Source: Candidatus Iainarchaeum sp.
GTDB taxonomy: Archaea > Iainarchaeota > Iainarchaeia > JAGGVJ01
Assembly: GCA_021158055.1 (NCBI GenBank)
Contig: JAGGVJ010000028.1
Coordinates: 1-31,812, forward strand
DNA: 31,812 nucleotides
Direction of reading: 5' to 3'
Both the position numbers and the translations under genes were made by a program. The notes under the pieces were generated by a model. It was not told where the DNA came from. It saw only the letters and a list, made by a program, of their open reading frames with translations, and made no database searches. Position 1 is the stretch's first letter. The number at the start of each line of letters is the position of its first letter. This document shows positions 7,383 to 15,857 of this stretch, in pieces.

Positions 7383-8327
7383 ATGTCATTTGAAACGATT
7401 ATTCCAAAAAAGCTTAAAAAAGTAAGCAAGATAGGCATTGTAACGCCTTCAGCGCCTGTTGCCGGAAAAGAGCTTGTGCGACGATTCAAAAAAGGAGTGT
7501 TATTTCTTGAAAATTTAGGTTTTGAAGTGGTTGTTGCAGAACACGCTCTTGGTGTTGATAACTGGCGCGCGGCAACGCCTGTTGAATGCGCGGAAGACAT
7601 AAATTCAATGTTTGCTGATAAAACAGTTGATGCAATAATCTGCTCTATAGGAGGGGAAACAGCAAACACATGCCTTCCGTTTCTTGACTGGGCCACTATT
7701 AGAGAAAATCCCAAGATTTTTCTGGGCATAAGCGACATAACAGTCTTGCTCAATGCAATCCATAAGAAAACAGGGCTTGTGACTTTTCACGGAAATGATA
7801 TTCTGTTTGGTTTCGGAAATGACATGGGTGATTATGAGTTAAATGAATTTCTTGACCGGTTTCAAAAAGGAAAAATCGGAATCCTCAAAAAAAATTCAGA
7901 GCACAAGACAATCAGAAGCGGAAAGGCACAAGGAAAACTTTTCGGCGGAAACCTGAACTGTTTGCTTAAGCTTGCAGGAACACCTTATTTTCCTGATTTA
8001 TCTGGTTCAGTTCTTTTTCTTGAAGAATATGAATCAACGCCGGAGGAAGCAGATTGCAAGTTAAACCAGTTGAAACAGATGGGTGTTTTTGAGCAGGTAA
8101 ATGCTGTGATTGTGGGTTATATTTGGGGTATGCAAAAAGAGGGTGCAATTCCAACCACGCAGGTGGAAGATGTATTGCTTGAAGTTTCAAAAGAGTTTGA
8201 TTTTCCAATATTGAAATCAAATGATTTTGGCCACAACTGTCTCAATACTGTTTTGCCGGTCGGGTGCAGAGTTGAAGTTGACGCTGACAAAAAAGAGATT
8301 TCTATTTTGGAGAAATGTGTTGAGTGA
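7383..8327 (+). CDS. S66 family peptidase (LD-carboxypeptidase / MccF-like)
   Basis: IGIVTPS, IGG, PKIFLGISDIT (Ser), GGNL, LFLEE (Glu), DFGH (His); ATG at 7383, TATA-like TTTAAATA at 7353. Confidence 0.92.
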   Translation: MSFETIIPKKLKKVSKIGIVTPSAPVAGKELVRRFKKGVLFLENLGFEVVVAEHALGVDNWRAATPVECAEDINSMFADKTVDAIICSIGGETANTCLPFLDWATIRENPKIFLGISDITVLLNAIHKKTGLVTFHGNDILFGFGNDMGDYELNEFLDRFQKGKIGILKKNSEHKTIRSGKAQGKLFGGNLNCLLKLAGTPYFPDLSGSVLFLEEYESTPEEADCKLNQLKQMGVFEQVNAVIVGYIWGMQKEGAIPTTQVEDVLLEVSKEFDFPILKSNDFGHNCLNTVLPVGCRVEVDADKKEISILEKCVE

Positions 8328-8353
8328 TAGTCAATCATTGACATGCATATGAA

Positions 8354-10450
8354 TTAACGTATTTTCCCTGCTTTTCCGGTGTTAAATTCCAATATTTCCC
8401 TTGCGCAAAGTTCTATGTTTGCGATTCCAAAAAGCTTGTCTTTTTTGTTCACAACCAAAACCTCGTCTCCCGCACGAATTTCACTGTCGCAGTCAAGAAC
8501 AAATTTTGAGAAAATAGTTTTTCCGCTTGTGGCAAATTCTTCACCTTCTTCACACACTGTGATTCTTCTGAACGGAAAAGGGATTGCTTTGTGAATTTTT
8601 TTAAGCGAGGTTCCTTTTGGAATAATGAACCCGTCTTTTGCCCGCATTATTGCAACAAGTTCATTGTTTTCTTTAATGCGTTGAATTTTTCCGGTTTTGT
8701 TGGAGCGTTCAACTATGCAGTTGTCGCTGAATATTTTTTTACCTATTTCAAAACCGAATTGATAATCCAGGCTTGCGCGCACTTTTTCTAAATCGCGTTT
8801 GTTTTTCGCGTTAAGTGTGATTGGGTTTGGGCTGGTTGTTTTTGTTGCCTGGATAAGTGCTTGTGTAAGTGATTCAATGTCTTGTGCTTCAACAGCGTCT
8901 TTCCAGATTCCGGAAAGAATTTGTTTTTCGTAAACTTGTGTTTCGTTGAATCCGCTTTTGAATGTTTTCGGCGCGTAAATAATGATGTGTTTGTATTGTT
9001 CTGTGTGTGTTCCGAGAAATGTTTTTATCTGAAGCACAGTTGTTTTTTCCGCGCGCAAATCAGGTGTTGACGGGTGTGACTGTTGTGAAAGCGGGTAGGT
9101 TTCGTCAATTTCTCTTGGCACAAGCCCGAACGGGATAACAACGCCCATTTCCTGAACGCTTCCCTCAAACCCTTTAATGGCTCCATCAATGTGCTTTTTT
9201 ATGCTGAGATATCCAGGGGATCCAAAGTACGGCCCGGTGTCAAGGTCAGGCAGGATTAAGAGGATTTCCTTTGAAGTATCGGGATTGTATTTTGTGTTCA
9301 TGTATTTGTGGTGCCGAAGGACTTCGGGCCTGAATGCGTTTTCCTCTGCGGTGTGAAAGAATCCCTTGAGTTTTGTTTTCGGCTCAAGTTCTTCAATGTA
9401 GCCGATGTGTTTTTCAGCAGTTTTAAGTGCGTCAATAAGCGCGGGGTGAGAACGGCATCGCTGGATGGTGTATTCCCAGAGGTTTCCTTCGTGGATTGAT
9501 TGCTTGATTCGGTTTATTTCTTCAAGCGTCACCCACAGGTTGTGCCTTGAAAGAAGGGTTTCGCGTTCGTTTTCTTCCATGTCAGATAAGTCGTCTGGAC
9601 TGTGTTTTGAACAGACTTCGCAGTTGCACGGAAAGTATTCAAGGTTATCAAGCTTTATTGTCCCTGATTCGGTCAGGTAGCGGCCGTCTTTTGCAAAAAG
9701 GCTGTATGCGGCACTGTCAAATAAATCAACTCCAAGAAGAACAGGCAGTGCGAAAAACATCGGGTGCCCTGCCCCGAAAAGGTGAACAGGGTGGTCTATA
9801 GGCAATGCTTTTTTTGTTTCAGCTATCGCGTTCACAACATCTGTGTATCGGTATTTGTTCATGAGGTCAACAACGCTTCCGATTGCGTTTAGTTTGAAGT
9901 TCATTTTTCCGATTTCTCTTGCGTTTTGTTTTACAAGTTCAGGGTATTTTCCCCCTTGAATAGGTCCACTCCAAAGTGATTTTGAATTTTTGATGTATTT
10001 TTGCGCTTCAATTGCTCGCTTTATGGTTTCAGTGGAGTTTTCTTTGACTGTGTCGTAAGTTGCGCCTGATTTTGCAGGGATGTCCAATATGACTCCAATA
10101 TCCACTCCGATTTTGTCCTGAAATTCAATTATGTCTTTGTTTGAAACAGTTATGTCCCCGTATACCATTAGCTGAAAGGCCCCCGAGTCAGTCATTATTG
10201 AGCCCTTGTAGTCAAGCATTTTGTGGATTCCCTGCTTGAGGGCTTTTTCCCTGAGCTCTTCTTTTCTGTAAATAATGTAAGAGTTTGTGATTATCCCGTC
10301 TACTTTGAATTTTTCAAGCATTTCTTTCGGGCTGATCTGTTGTATGTTTGGGTTGATGACTGGGAAAACGTGAGGTGTCTCTATTTTTCCTGTTCTTGTT
10401 TTAAGCGTGCCGATTCTTCCGGCTCCGTCTTTGCTTTTTATTTCAAACAT
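8354..10450 (-). CDS. tgtA: tRNA-guanine(15) transglycosylase (ArcTGT) with C-terminal PUA
   Basis: MFEIKSKDGAGRIG, MTDSGAFQL, GPIQGG, HLFGAGHP, DLFDSAAY, Zn site CxCxxC...HNL, PUA IRAGDEV. Confidence 0.95.
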   Translation of the reverse strand: MFEIKSKDGAGRIGTLKTRTGKIETPHVFPVINPNIQQISPKEMLEKFKVDGIITNSYIIYRKEELREKALKQGIHKMLDYKGSIMTDSGAFQLMVYGDITVSNKDIIEFQDKIGVDIGVILDIPAKSGATYDTVKENSTETIKRAIEAQKYIKNSKSLWSGPIQGGKYPELVKQNAREIGKMNFKLNAIGSVVDLMNKYRYTDVVNAIAETKKALPIDHPVHLFGAGHPMFFALPVLLGVDLFDSAAYSLFAKDGRYLTESGTIKLDNLEYFPCNCEVCSKHSPDDLSDMEENERETLLSRHNLWVTLEEINRIKQSIHEGNLWEYTIQRCRSHPALIDALKTAEKHIGYIEELEPKTKLKGFFHTAEENAFRPEVLRHHKYMNTKYNPDTSKEILLILPDLDTGPYFGSPGYLSIKKHIDGAIKGFEGSVQEMGVVIPFGLVPREIDETYPLSQQSHPSTPDLRAEKTTVLQIKTFLGTHTEQYKHIIIYAPKTFKSGFNETQVYEKQILSGIWKDAVEAQDIESLTQALIQATKTTSPNPITLNAKNKRDLEKVRASLDYQFGFEIGKKIFSDNCIVERSNKTGKIQRIKENNELVAIMRAKDGFIIPKGTSLKKIHKAIPFPFRRITVCEEGEEFATSGKTIFSKFVLDCDSEIRAGDEVLVVNKKDKLFGIANIELCAREILEFNTGKAGKIR

Positions 10451-10474
10451 TTTTCTTACCTCAAAATCAAATGA

Positions 10475-11449
10475 TTATTCAAACACTGTTCTCGGGCTTG
10501 CGTCAAAAAACAGGTGTTCGCATTCAAGAAGTTCTTTGTAATAATCTGCGCATTGGCATTTAATTTTATCAAGATCTACTTTTTTTTGTTTTTCAAAACC
10601 TTCAGAAAGAGCCGCAATTATTTTTTTGTCGCATGCTCTGCAGTTGTGGGGTCCTCTTTGGGTTCCGGCTCCGACAATCCCAAGGTTTGTGCAGTCAAAT
10701 TTTTTCACCGCGTAATTAAAGGTTTCGGCAACGCTTGAAAGCCACGGCGGCCTGTATTCGCCGCGTTTCCATAGCTGTTCAAGCGGTGTTTTTGAGTGGA
10801 CTGCAACGGGATTTATTGAAATTGAGTCCGTGATTTTTTCAACGGCGTCAATTGTTGAAAAAACATCCTGGATGCTTTCAGATTCAGTTAAAAACATCGG
10901 TTTTTGAAGGATGTAGGTCTTGACTTTCAGCCCTGTTTTTTTTATTGATTCAGCTGCTTTTTTGTAGTCTTTAAAAGTGAATCCTTTGTTTATGCATTTT
11001 TCAAGCACAGTGTTGTTTGCAGATTCAAGCCCAAGCGCCACGTATCCTGTTTTTCCAAGAAGCCCTTCTTTGAATCCTTCAAGCTTTTTTGAAGACACGT
11101 ATTCCGGTCTTGATTCCGCAATAAATTCAAGCACATTGTCTGCTGAAGCAACGCTTGAGACTATGTGCTTTCTTGCGTTTGCAGGCATGTCGCGGTCATC
11201 AAAAAAGCTCCCCGAAGTATATACTTTAAGGACGACTGGTTCGCTTAGGTCCGAAACCTGTGATATGACATCATCAAACTGCGCAATTATTTCATTTTCG
11301 CTGACGTCCCTGCTGTCCTTGAAGTAGCCGCACATGGTGCACCCGCCGTCTTCTTTTTTTTGCCATGAACAGCCTTTGGTTGTCAGCACTGCGCTGACTG
11401 ATTGCCCGTATCCTTTTGAGGTCCAGTCGCTTCGAACGTAAATTTTCAT
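10475..11449 (-). CDS. Archaeosine biosynthesis radical SAM protein RaSEA (TIGR01210-like)
   Basis: GCSW...GGCTMCGY, KVYTSGSFFD, ESRPEY, GLESAN, YRPPWL, RGPHNC; sits between arcS and tgtA. Confidence 0.9.
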   Translation of the reverse strand: MKIYVRSDWTSKGYGQSVSAVLTTKGCSWQKKEDGGCTMCGYFKDSRDVSENEIIAQFDDVISQVSDLSEPVVLKVYTSGSFFDDRDMPANARKHIVSSVASADNVLEFIAESRPEYVSSKKLEGFKEGLLGKTGYVALGLESANNTVLEKCINKGFTFKDYKKAAESIKKTGLKVKTYILQKPMFLTESESIQDVFSTIDAVEKITDSISINPVAVHSKTPLEQLWKRGEYRPPWLSSVAETFNYAVKKFDCTNLGIVGAGTQRGPHNCRACDKKIIAALSEGFEKQKKVDLDKIKCQCADYYKELLECEHLFFDASPRTVFE

Positions 11450-11503
11450 TTTTTCACTTTCTGTATTGTTTTATATCTTTTGCCCGGTCGTTTGAAACAA
11501 GGA

Positions 11504-13165
11504 TTATTTTTGCTTGTGCCTGAATTCAAATGCAAGCCCGGTTTTTGAAGCAGTCATGTCTTTTCCGCTCATTTTTGCTTTTCCGACTCCCATGTATTTG
11601 TTGTTGCACGCGGCCACTATTTCATCGCCGGGCAAAATGTTTTCGTCGGCATTTTTTACACCTGCCGCGAACATGTTGTTTCCGCTGAAAACGGCTTCGA
11701 TTTCAACAATGTATCGTTTCTTTTCAAAAATCCTTTTGCCGCCTTCAAGCGACAGAGACAGTGTTCCGAATTCGTTGAAGGTTGCAATGTGTTTGGGGTC
11801 AAAAACCTTGATATTTTTAGGCCCTTCCTTTACGCGCGCCCGGTCGCTTAATATGTCTCCGGCACTGCCTCCGAACTGGTGGTTTAAGGTTGCGCGTGCT
11901 TTTTCAAGTTCAAAACCGTATTTTTCACGGTTCATTTTGCTGACAAGTCCGCTTATTTTTCCTTCAATGGAGTCCACGAAAGTTATGTCAAGCCCAGTCG
12001 CTTTTGCAATCCTGATGTAGCCGTCGTTTTTCAGGAGCGCGAATATCTTTTCATATTTTTGTTTTTCAAGAAATTTTTTCAGCAGGCTTGAAATTTCCCG
12101 CACTTCGTCGTCTGACCATATTCCGCTTGTTGCGGTGTCATAGTTTGACGCAGGGTAAATGTGCTCTGTTTCCCGCGGAACGACCCCGACAGGCGAGCTG
12201 ATTGTTATTTCATGCACAAGGTTGCGTTTTTTCCCGAGGTGTTGTTTGAGTTGAGAGATTATTTTTTTGTGTGAAGGTGACCTGCTGTAAGGTGTTGTGA
12301 AAGAACACGGCAAAAGCAATGCGATTTTCTTTGATTTCGGGCGGTTGTACCTTTCAGCAATTTTTTTCACAAAGCCGTGTATTTCCGGCTTGAAAAACGA
12401 GTTGAATGAGCCGCACAGGTTTTTGGTTTTTTTTGCAACCGGTGTTACGGATCCGATTAAGTCAGGGAATTCGCGCGTGAGTATTGTGAACGCGGAGCTT
12501 AAGTGCGGGAAAAGCAGGCTTCTTGATTCAGCATAGTCAAACATTCGCCCGGCTATTGTCATTTTTTTTACGCGGAAGATTTCGCTGAGGAATTCGTTTT
12601 GGTTTTCTTTAAGTAATTCTTTTTTGTTTTTTTCAGGGGGTGTGTTTTCAAACCCAAAAAACGTTATTTTTTTGCCTGCTGCGGTCGCAAGCTTGAAGGT
12701 GGTTTCGTCAAAGGCGGTTGCCCCGCAGTAGCAAAGGAGCGGGATGTTTGATGTGTGCATTGGACCGGCGGCGTAAATGACTGCGCACGGATTTTTTTCC
12801 CTGAGTTTTCGAAGGTTTGAGAAAAATTCCCTCGGGTGATTCAGTTGCATGGATGCGTTTGCGATTGTTATTGTCTGTGATTCAAGAAGCAGTGCGTGGT
12901 TTTGCGTCGAGCCTGTGAAGAGCACTTCTTGACCTGTGCCTTTGTTTTTTTTCTGTTCTTTTTCAAGAGCTGCTTTTTGTTTTTCTTCAATTCCAAACTG
13001 GACAGGGAAAAATTGGTTTGAAAGCACAGGTGTTTTGCTTGTTTTGACGCCGAGTTTTTCTTTCAGGTCTTTTTCTGAAAGTACGCAGGGAGAAGCTAGT
13101 GTGCCTTTTTCTGTTGCAATGGAGCATATTTTTGCCCCGTCCAAAAATTTTGTTGTAATTTTCAA
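11504..13165 (-). CDS. arcS: Archaeosine synthase ArcS (TgtA2)
   Basis: Degenerate TGT barrel, LLPCSFTTPYSRSPSH, SPVGVVPRE...YPASNYD, C-terminal PUA; TTG start. Confidence 0.88.
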   Translation of the reverse strand: MKITTKFLDGAKICSIATEKGTLASPCVLSEKDLKEKLGVKTSKTPVLSNQFFPVQFGIEEKQKAALEKEQKKNKGTGQEVLFTGSTQNHALLLESQTITIANASMQLNHPREFFSNLRKLREKNPCAVIYAAGPMHTSNIPLLCYCGATAFDETTFKLATAAGKKITFFGFENTPPEKNKKELLKENQNEFLSEIFRVKKMTIAGRMFDYAESRSLLFPHLSSAFTILTREFPDLIGSVTPVAKKTKNLCGSFNSFFKPEIHGFVKKIAERYNRPKSKKIALLLPCSFTTPYSRSPSHKKIISQLKQHLGKKRNLVHEITISSPVGVVPRETEHIYPASNYDTATSGIWSDDEVREISSLLKKFLEKQKYEKIFALLKNDGYIRIAKATGLDITFVDSIEGKISGLVSKMNREKYGFELEKARATLNHQFGGSAGDILSDRARVKEGPKNIKVFDPKHIATFNEFGTLSLSLEGGKRIFEKKRYIVEIEAVFSGNNMFAAGVKNADENILPGDEIVAACNNKYMGVGKAKMSGKDMTASKTGLAFEFRHKQK

Positions 13166-13435
13166 GCAATCGCCTTTTGATACGTTGTTTTTGAATTGAT
13201 TTTTATAGTATTTAAGTTATCAGGTGTTTGAGTAATCAGATTGAAATTTAATGATCTGCAGTTTTGTTTGATGATTAATGATTTGCACTGTTGTTTTTTG
13301 AAGTTGTATGTTTGTGCAACAGTGTAACAATATAATATATGGGATTAAAACTTTAAATCTTTTTTGCACCTATTTGCAGGTTTTTATATATGTTTGAGTA
13401 TCTTTTTATTTACAGGATTTTACAGGTTTGATTGC

Positions 13436-14125
13436 ATGCCAAAGAATTTTTTTATAGTTGTATTTTTCATGTTGTTGATATTTTTGCTTGGGATGTTTTC
13501 TTCCCAGTCAATTTTTTCATTGCTTAAAATACCCACTCAGTCGGCTGTGGAGTCGCTTGGCATAACAGAGTATTTTGAAACCACAAGTGACGGGTGTGTC
13601 GCGGAATTTGTTAACGGTCCGGAGGAGACTCTGGAGTTTTCATTGAAGGTGATAAATGATGCAAAGGAGGAAATATTTATTGTTCAGTCTTACACTGAAG
13701 TTGAAAAGGAGATTAAAAAAGAAATTAACACTTTGCTTGAAAGGGGGATAATAACTGAAAAACCCAAAACACCCATGGGAAAAATAATGATGGCGCTTGA
13801 AAGAGCAGGCAATGGAGGAGTGAAGATTAGGGCAGTTATAAGGGATGAGCCAAACAACAATGATTTTATACTATTTCTGAAAAAAACAGGGGCTGAAGTC
13901 AAGATTTACAGGGAACACGAAGTTTTCTGGAAAGAAAAACAGGGAACCGCTCATTTGCATGAAAAGCATTTGTGCAATGAAAACTTTTGTGTTATCGGAT
14001 CAGCTAATTTTTTGAATTCTTCCCAGGGCTTCAACGATGACTCTGCTTATTACACGTCTTGCGATTACGACGAGGTAATGATTGATTTCAACGAACTCTG
14101 GTTGAAAAAATCATTTTTTGCTTAA
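13436..14125 (+). CDS. Membrane-anchored phospholipase D / Nuc-family protein, single HKD-like motif
   Basis: N-terminal TM, A..EI.I..Y, AL.RA...GVKIR, HLHEKHLCNE...IGSANF; ATG at 13436. Confidence 0.75.
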   Translation: MPKNFFIVVFFMLLIFLLGMFSSQSIFSLLKIPTQSAVESLGITEYFETTSDGCVAEFVNGPEETLEFSLKVINDAKEEIFIVQSYTEVEKEIKKEINTLLERGIITEKPKTPMGKIMMALERAGNGGVKIRAVIRDEPNNNDFILFLKKTGAEVKIYREHEVFWKEKQGTAHLHEKHLCNENFCVIGSANFLNSSQGFNDDSAYYTSCDYDEVMIDFNELWLKKSFFA

Positions 14126-14279
14126 ATGTTTAGACGTGTTGTCTTAAGTGTTTAAGTGTGTTGTTTTATGCCTGCGTTGTTTGTGGGGGGACAGGCATTG
14201 TTGATTGACTGGTATATTTGTTGTTTTCAGCGACAATGTTAAATAGGGTTCTATATTTATAGATTTACAGGGGGAGAGT

Positions 14280-14324
14280 ATGCTTTGTCTTTGTTTGTTT
14301 GGACAATGGCAGTGTGCTGCTTGA
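14280..14324 (+). other. Candidate upstream ORF / leader peptide MLCLCLFGQWQCAA
   Basis: ATG preceded by the same CAGGGGGAG motif as the downstream gene; followed by a hairpin over the downstream SD. Confidence 0.3.
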
Positions 14325-14357
14325 GATTATCTCTGCATTCGTGCAGGGGGAGCGATC

Positions 14358-15044
14358 ATGGATTTCAAGATAATAACAAGTTTTGATGAGATGGAAAAAT
14401 ATATCTCAAATGTTAATGCGTTGCCTGAAAACGATCGCCGTCTTTGGGCAGTTAAGCGTTATTTTGAAAGGCACAGGGGCATATTTTACATTTCCGTGGT
14501 AAAAGACAGGAAACAGGATTATTGGCCTTTTTTGTATTATCCGACAAAGAAAAAATTGAACACGCTGATTGAGGAAACAAAACAGACCCTTGATTATATG
14601 AGGTCTGCGAAAGGATTTTGGAAAAAGCAGTATAATAAATCAAAAAAAAATAGTTTTTCTTCTTTGGTTAAAAAATGCTCTGAGCCGATTTACTGGCAGC
14701 ATTACTTCAACATGCTTTTGAATCCTGTTTACAAAAAGGCAGCAAACGAAGTGAACTTGCCGATTCATCTTGTCTCCGATTCGAAGTGGAGGGGCATGCT
14801 TAAAATGTTTGTGAAAAATCCCGAGTACAGGGAACAGCTTTTGGAGACCGTAAGGGACTCGATTATTTATGCAAAGGACAAGAGGCTTGCAAAACACGCT
14901 GATTTGGTAAAGGAGTTTCGTGAAAACATATCAAAGCAGAAATTAAGCGAAGCAGATTCTGTTGTGCTGGAACTCAATGAAGATATCAGCATGGCCCGCG
15001 AGCTTTTAAAATGGACCACAGGAAATAAGTATAAGGTGAAGTGA
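14358..15044 (+). CDS. Hypothetical protein (228 aa, basic, helical)
   Basis: ORF with SD GGGGGAG; first of a co-oriented run; no recognised family. Confidence 0.75.
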   Translation: MDFKIITSFDEMEKYISNVNALPENDRRLWAVKRYFERHRGIFYISVVKDRKQDYWPFLYYPTKKKLNTLIEETKQTLDYMRSAKGFWKKQYNKSKKNSFSSLVKKCSEPIYWQHYFNMLLNPVYKKAANEVNLPIHLVSDSKWRGMLKMFVKNPEYREQLLETVRDSIIYAKDKRLAKHADLVKEFRENISKQKLSEADSVVLELNEDISMARELLKWTTGNKYKVK

Positions 15045-15559
15045 TGGGCTCGGCTGTTAAACTGGCTGCTGCTTTGCTGTTTTGGATTCTTGCTTTCGCG
15101 ATGTTTTTGCATGTTTCTTCGCTTAAGTTTTCTGATGTTGATTTTCAGGACAACATAATTAAGTTGAACGGGAAGGAATACGAAGTGGTTCCGGAGTCAT
15201 ACTTTCCGTCAACTTACGACGCCCTTCTTGAAACCAAAAATTTGTTTTTTGATTACCGTTATCCTTTTTTGATGGGTGACCTGGTGGTTACGACCGGGGG
15301 GTACAGGGGCAACCTTGTGAATTCAAGGCTGGCTGACCACCACCTTTACACTGAAATACCTGTAAATACAAGCGGGGCTTTTTATGTCATCCACCCGATT
15401 GCCGCAAATTCGGAGATTGCGGAAAAAATAAGGAATTTAAAGCAGGGCAGGATGGTTTGGATAACAGGCATTGAAGTCTACAAAGTGAATATGGAGGACG
15501 GCCGTTATTGGATTGATGACGGCTGCCACACTCTTTTGGTAACGGAAGTGGTTCAGTGA
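15044..15559 (+). CDS. Hypothetical membrane-anchored protein, possible OB-fold
   Basis: Overlaps the upstream stop (TGATG); signal/TM; HPIAAN..I...I..LKQGRMVWITG...GCHTLLVTEV. Confidence 0.7.
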   Translation: MGSAVKLAAALLFWILAFAMFLHVSSLKFSDVDFQDNIIKLNGKEYEVVPESYFPSTYDALLETKNLFFDYRYPFLMGDLVVTTGGYRGNLVNSRLADHHLYTEIPVNTSGAFYVIHPIAANSEIAEKIRNLKQGRMVWITGIEVYKVNMEDGRYWIDDGCHTLLVTEVVQ

Positions 15560-15667
15560 TTTTTTTTAATGATTTTGACAGGCAGGCGCTTCAAGGTGTC
15601 TTGGATTGTGCGGCGCAGGAAATATTTTTATGTTTTGGTCGCGCTGTAATTTGCATGAAGGCGAGGT

Positions 15668-15856
15668 GTGAGTTTGAAGCCGTTGATTGATTTTGTGTTC
15701 ATTTCAGGGATAATGATTTTTGTGTTTTTTTTAATGGTTGAAACAATTGGTTTATTTTTCGGGTTTCTTGACCCGTTGATAAGATTTGTCGCGCTTTTGA
15801 CTTTTTACGGCTGTTTTTCTGTTGTCTGCCTGAGTTTTTACATGCGCGGGGAATGA
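15668..15856 (+). CDS. Small 2-TM hypothetical protein (62 aa)
   Basis: GTG start after SD-like GAGG; ends 1 nt before the helicase start. Confidence 0.55.
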   Translation: MSLKPLIDFVFISGIMIFVFFLMVETIGLFFGFLDPLIRFVALLTFYGCFSVVCLSFYMRGE

Positions 15857-15857
15857 A

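Noticed and set aside
8354-13165. Dpd-type 7-deazaguanine DNA modification/defence island
   Set aside because: TgtA and ArcS carry PUA RNA-binding domains and RaSEA is present, which fits tRNA archaeosine synthesis; no dpdB-K-like genes
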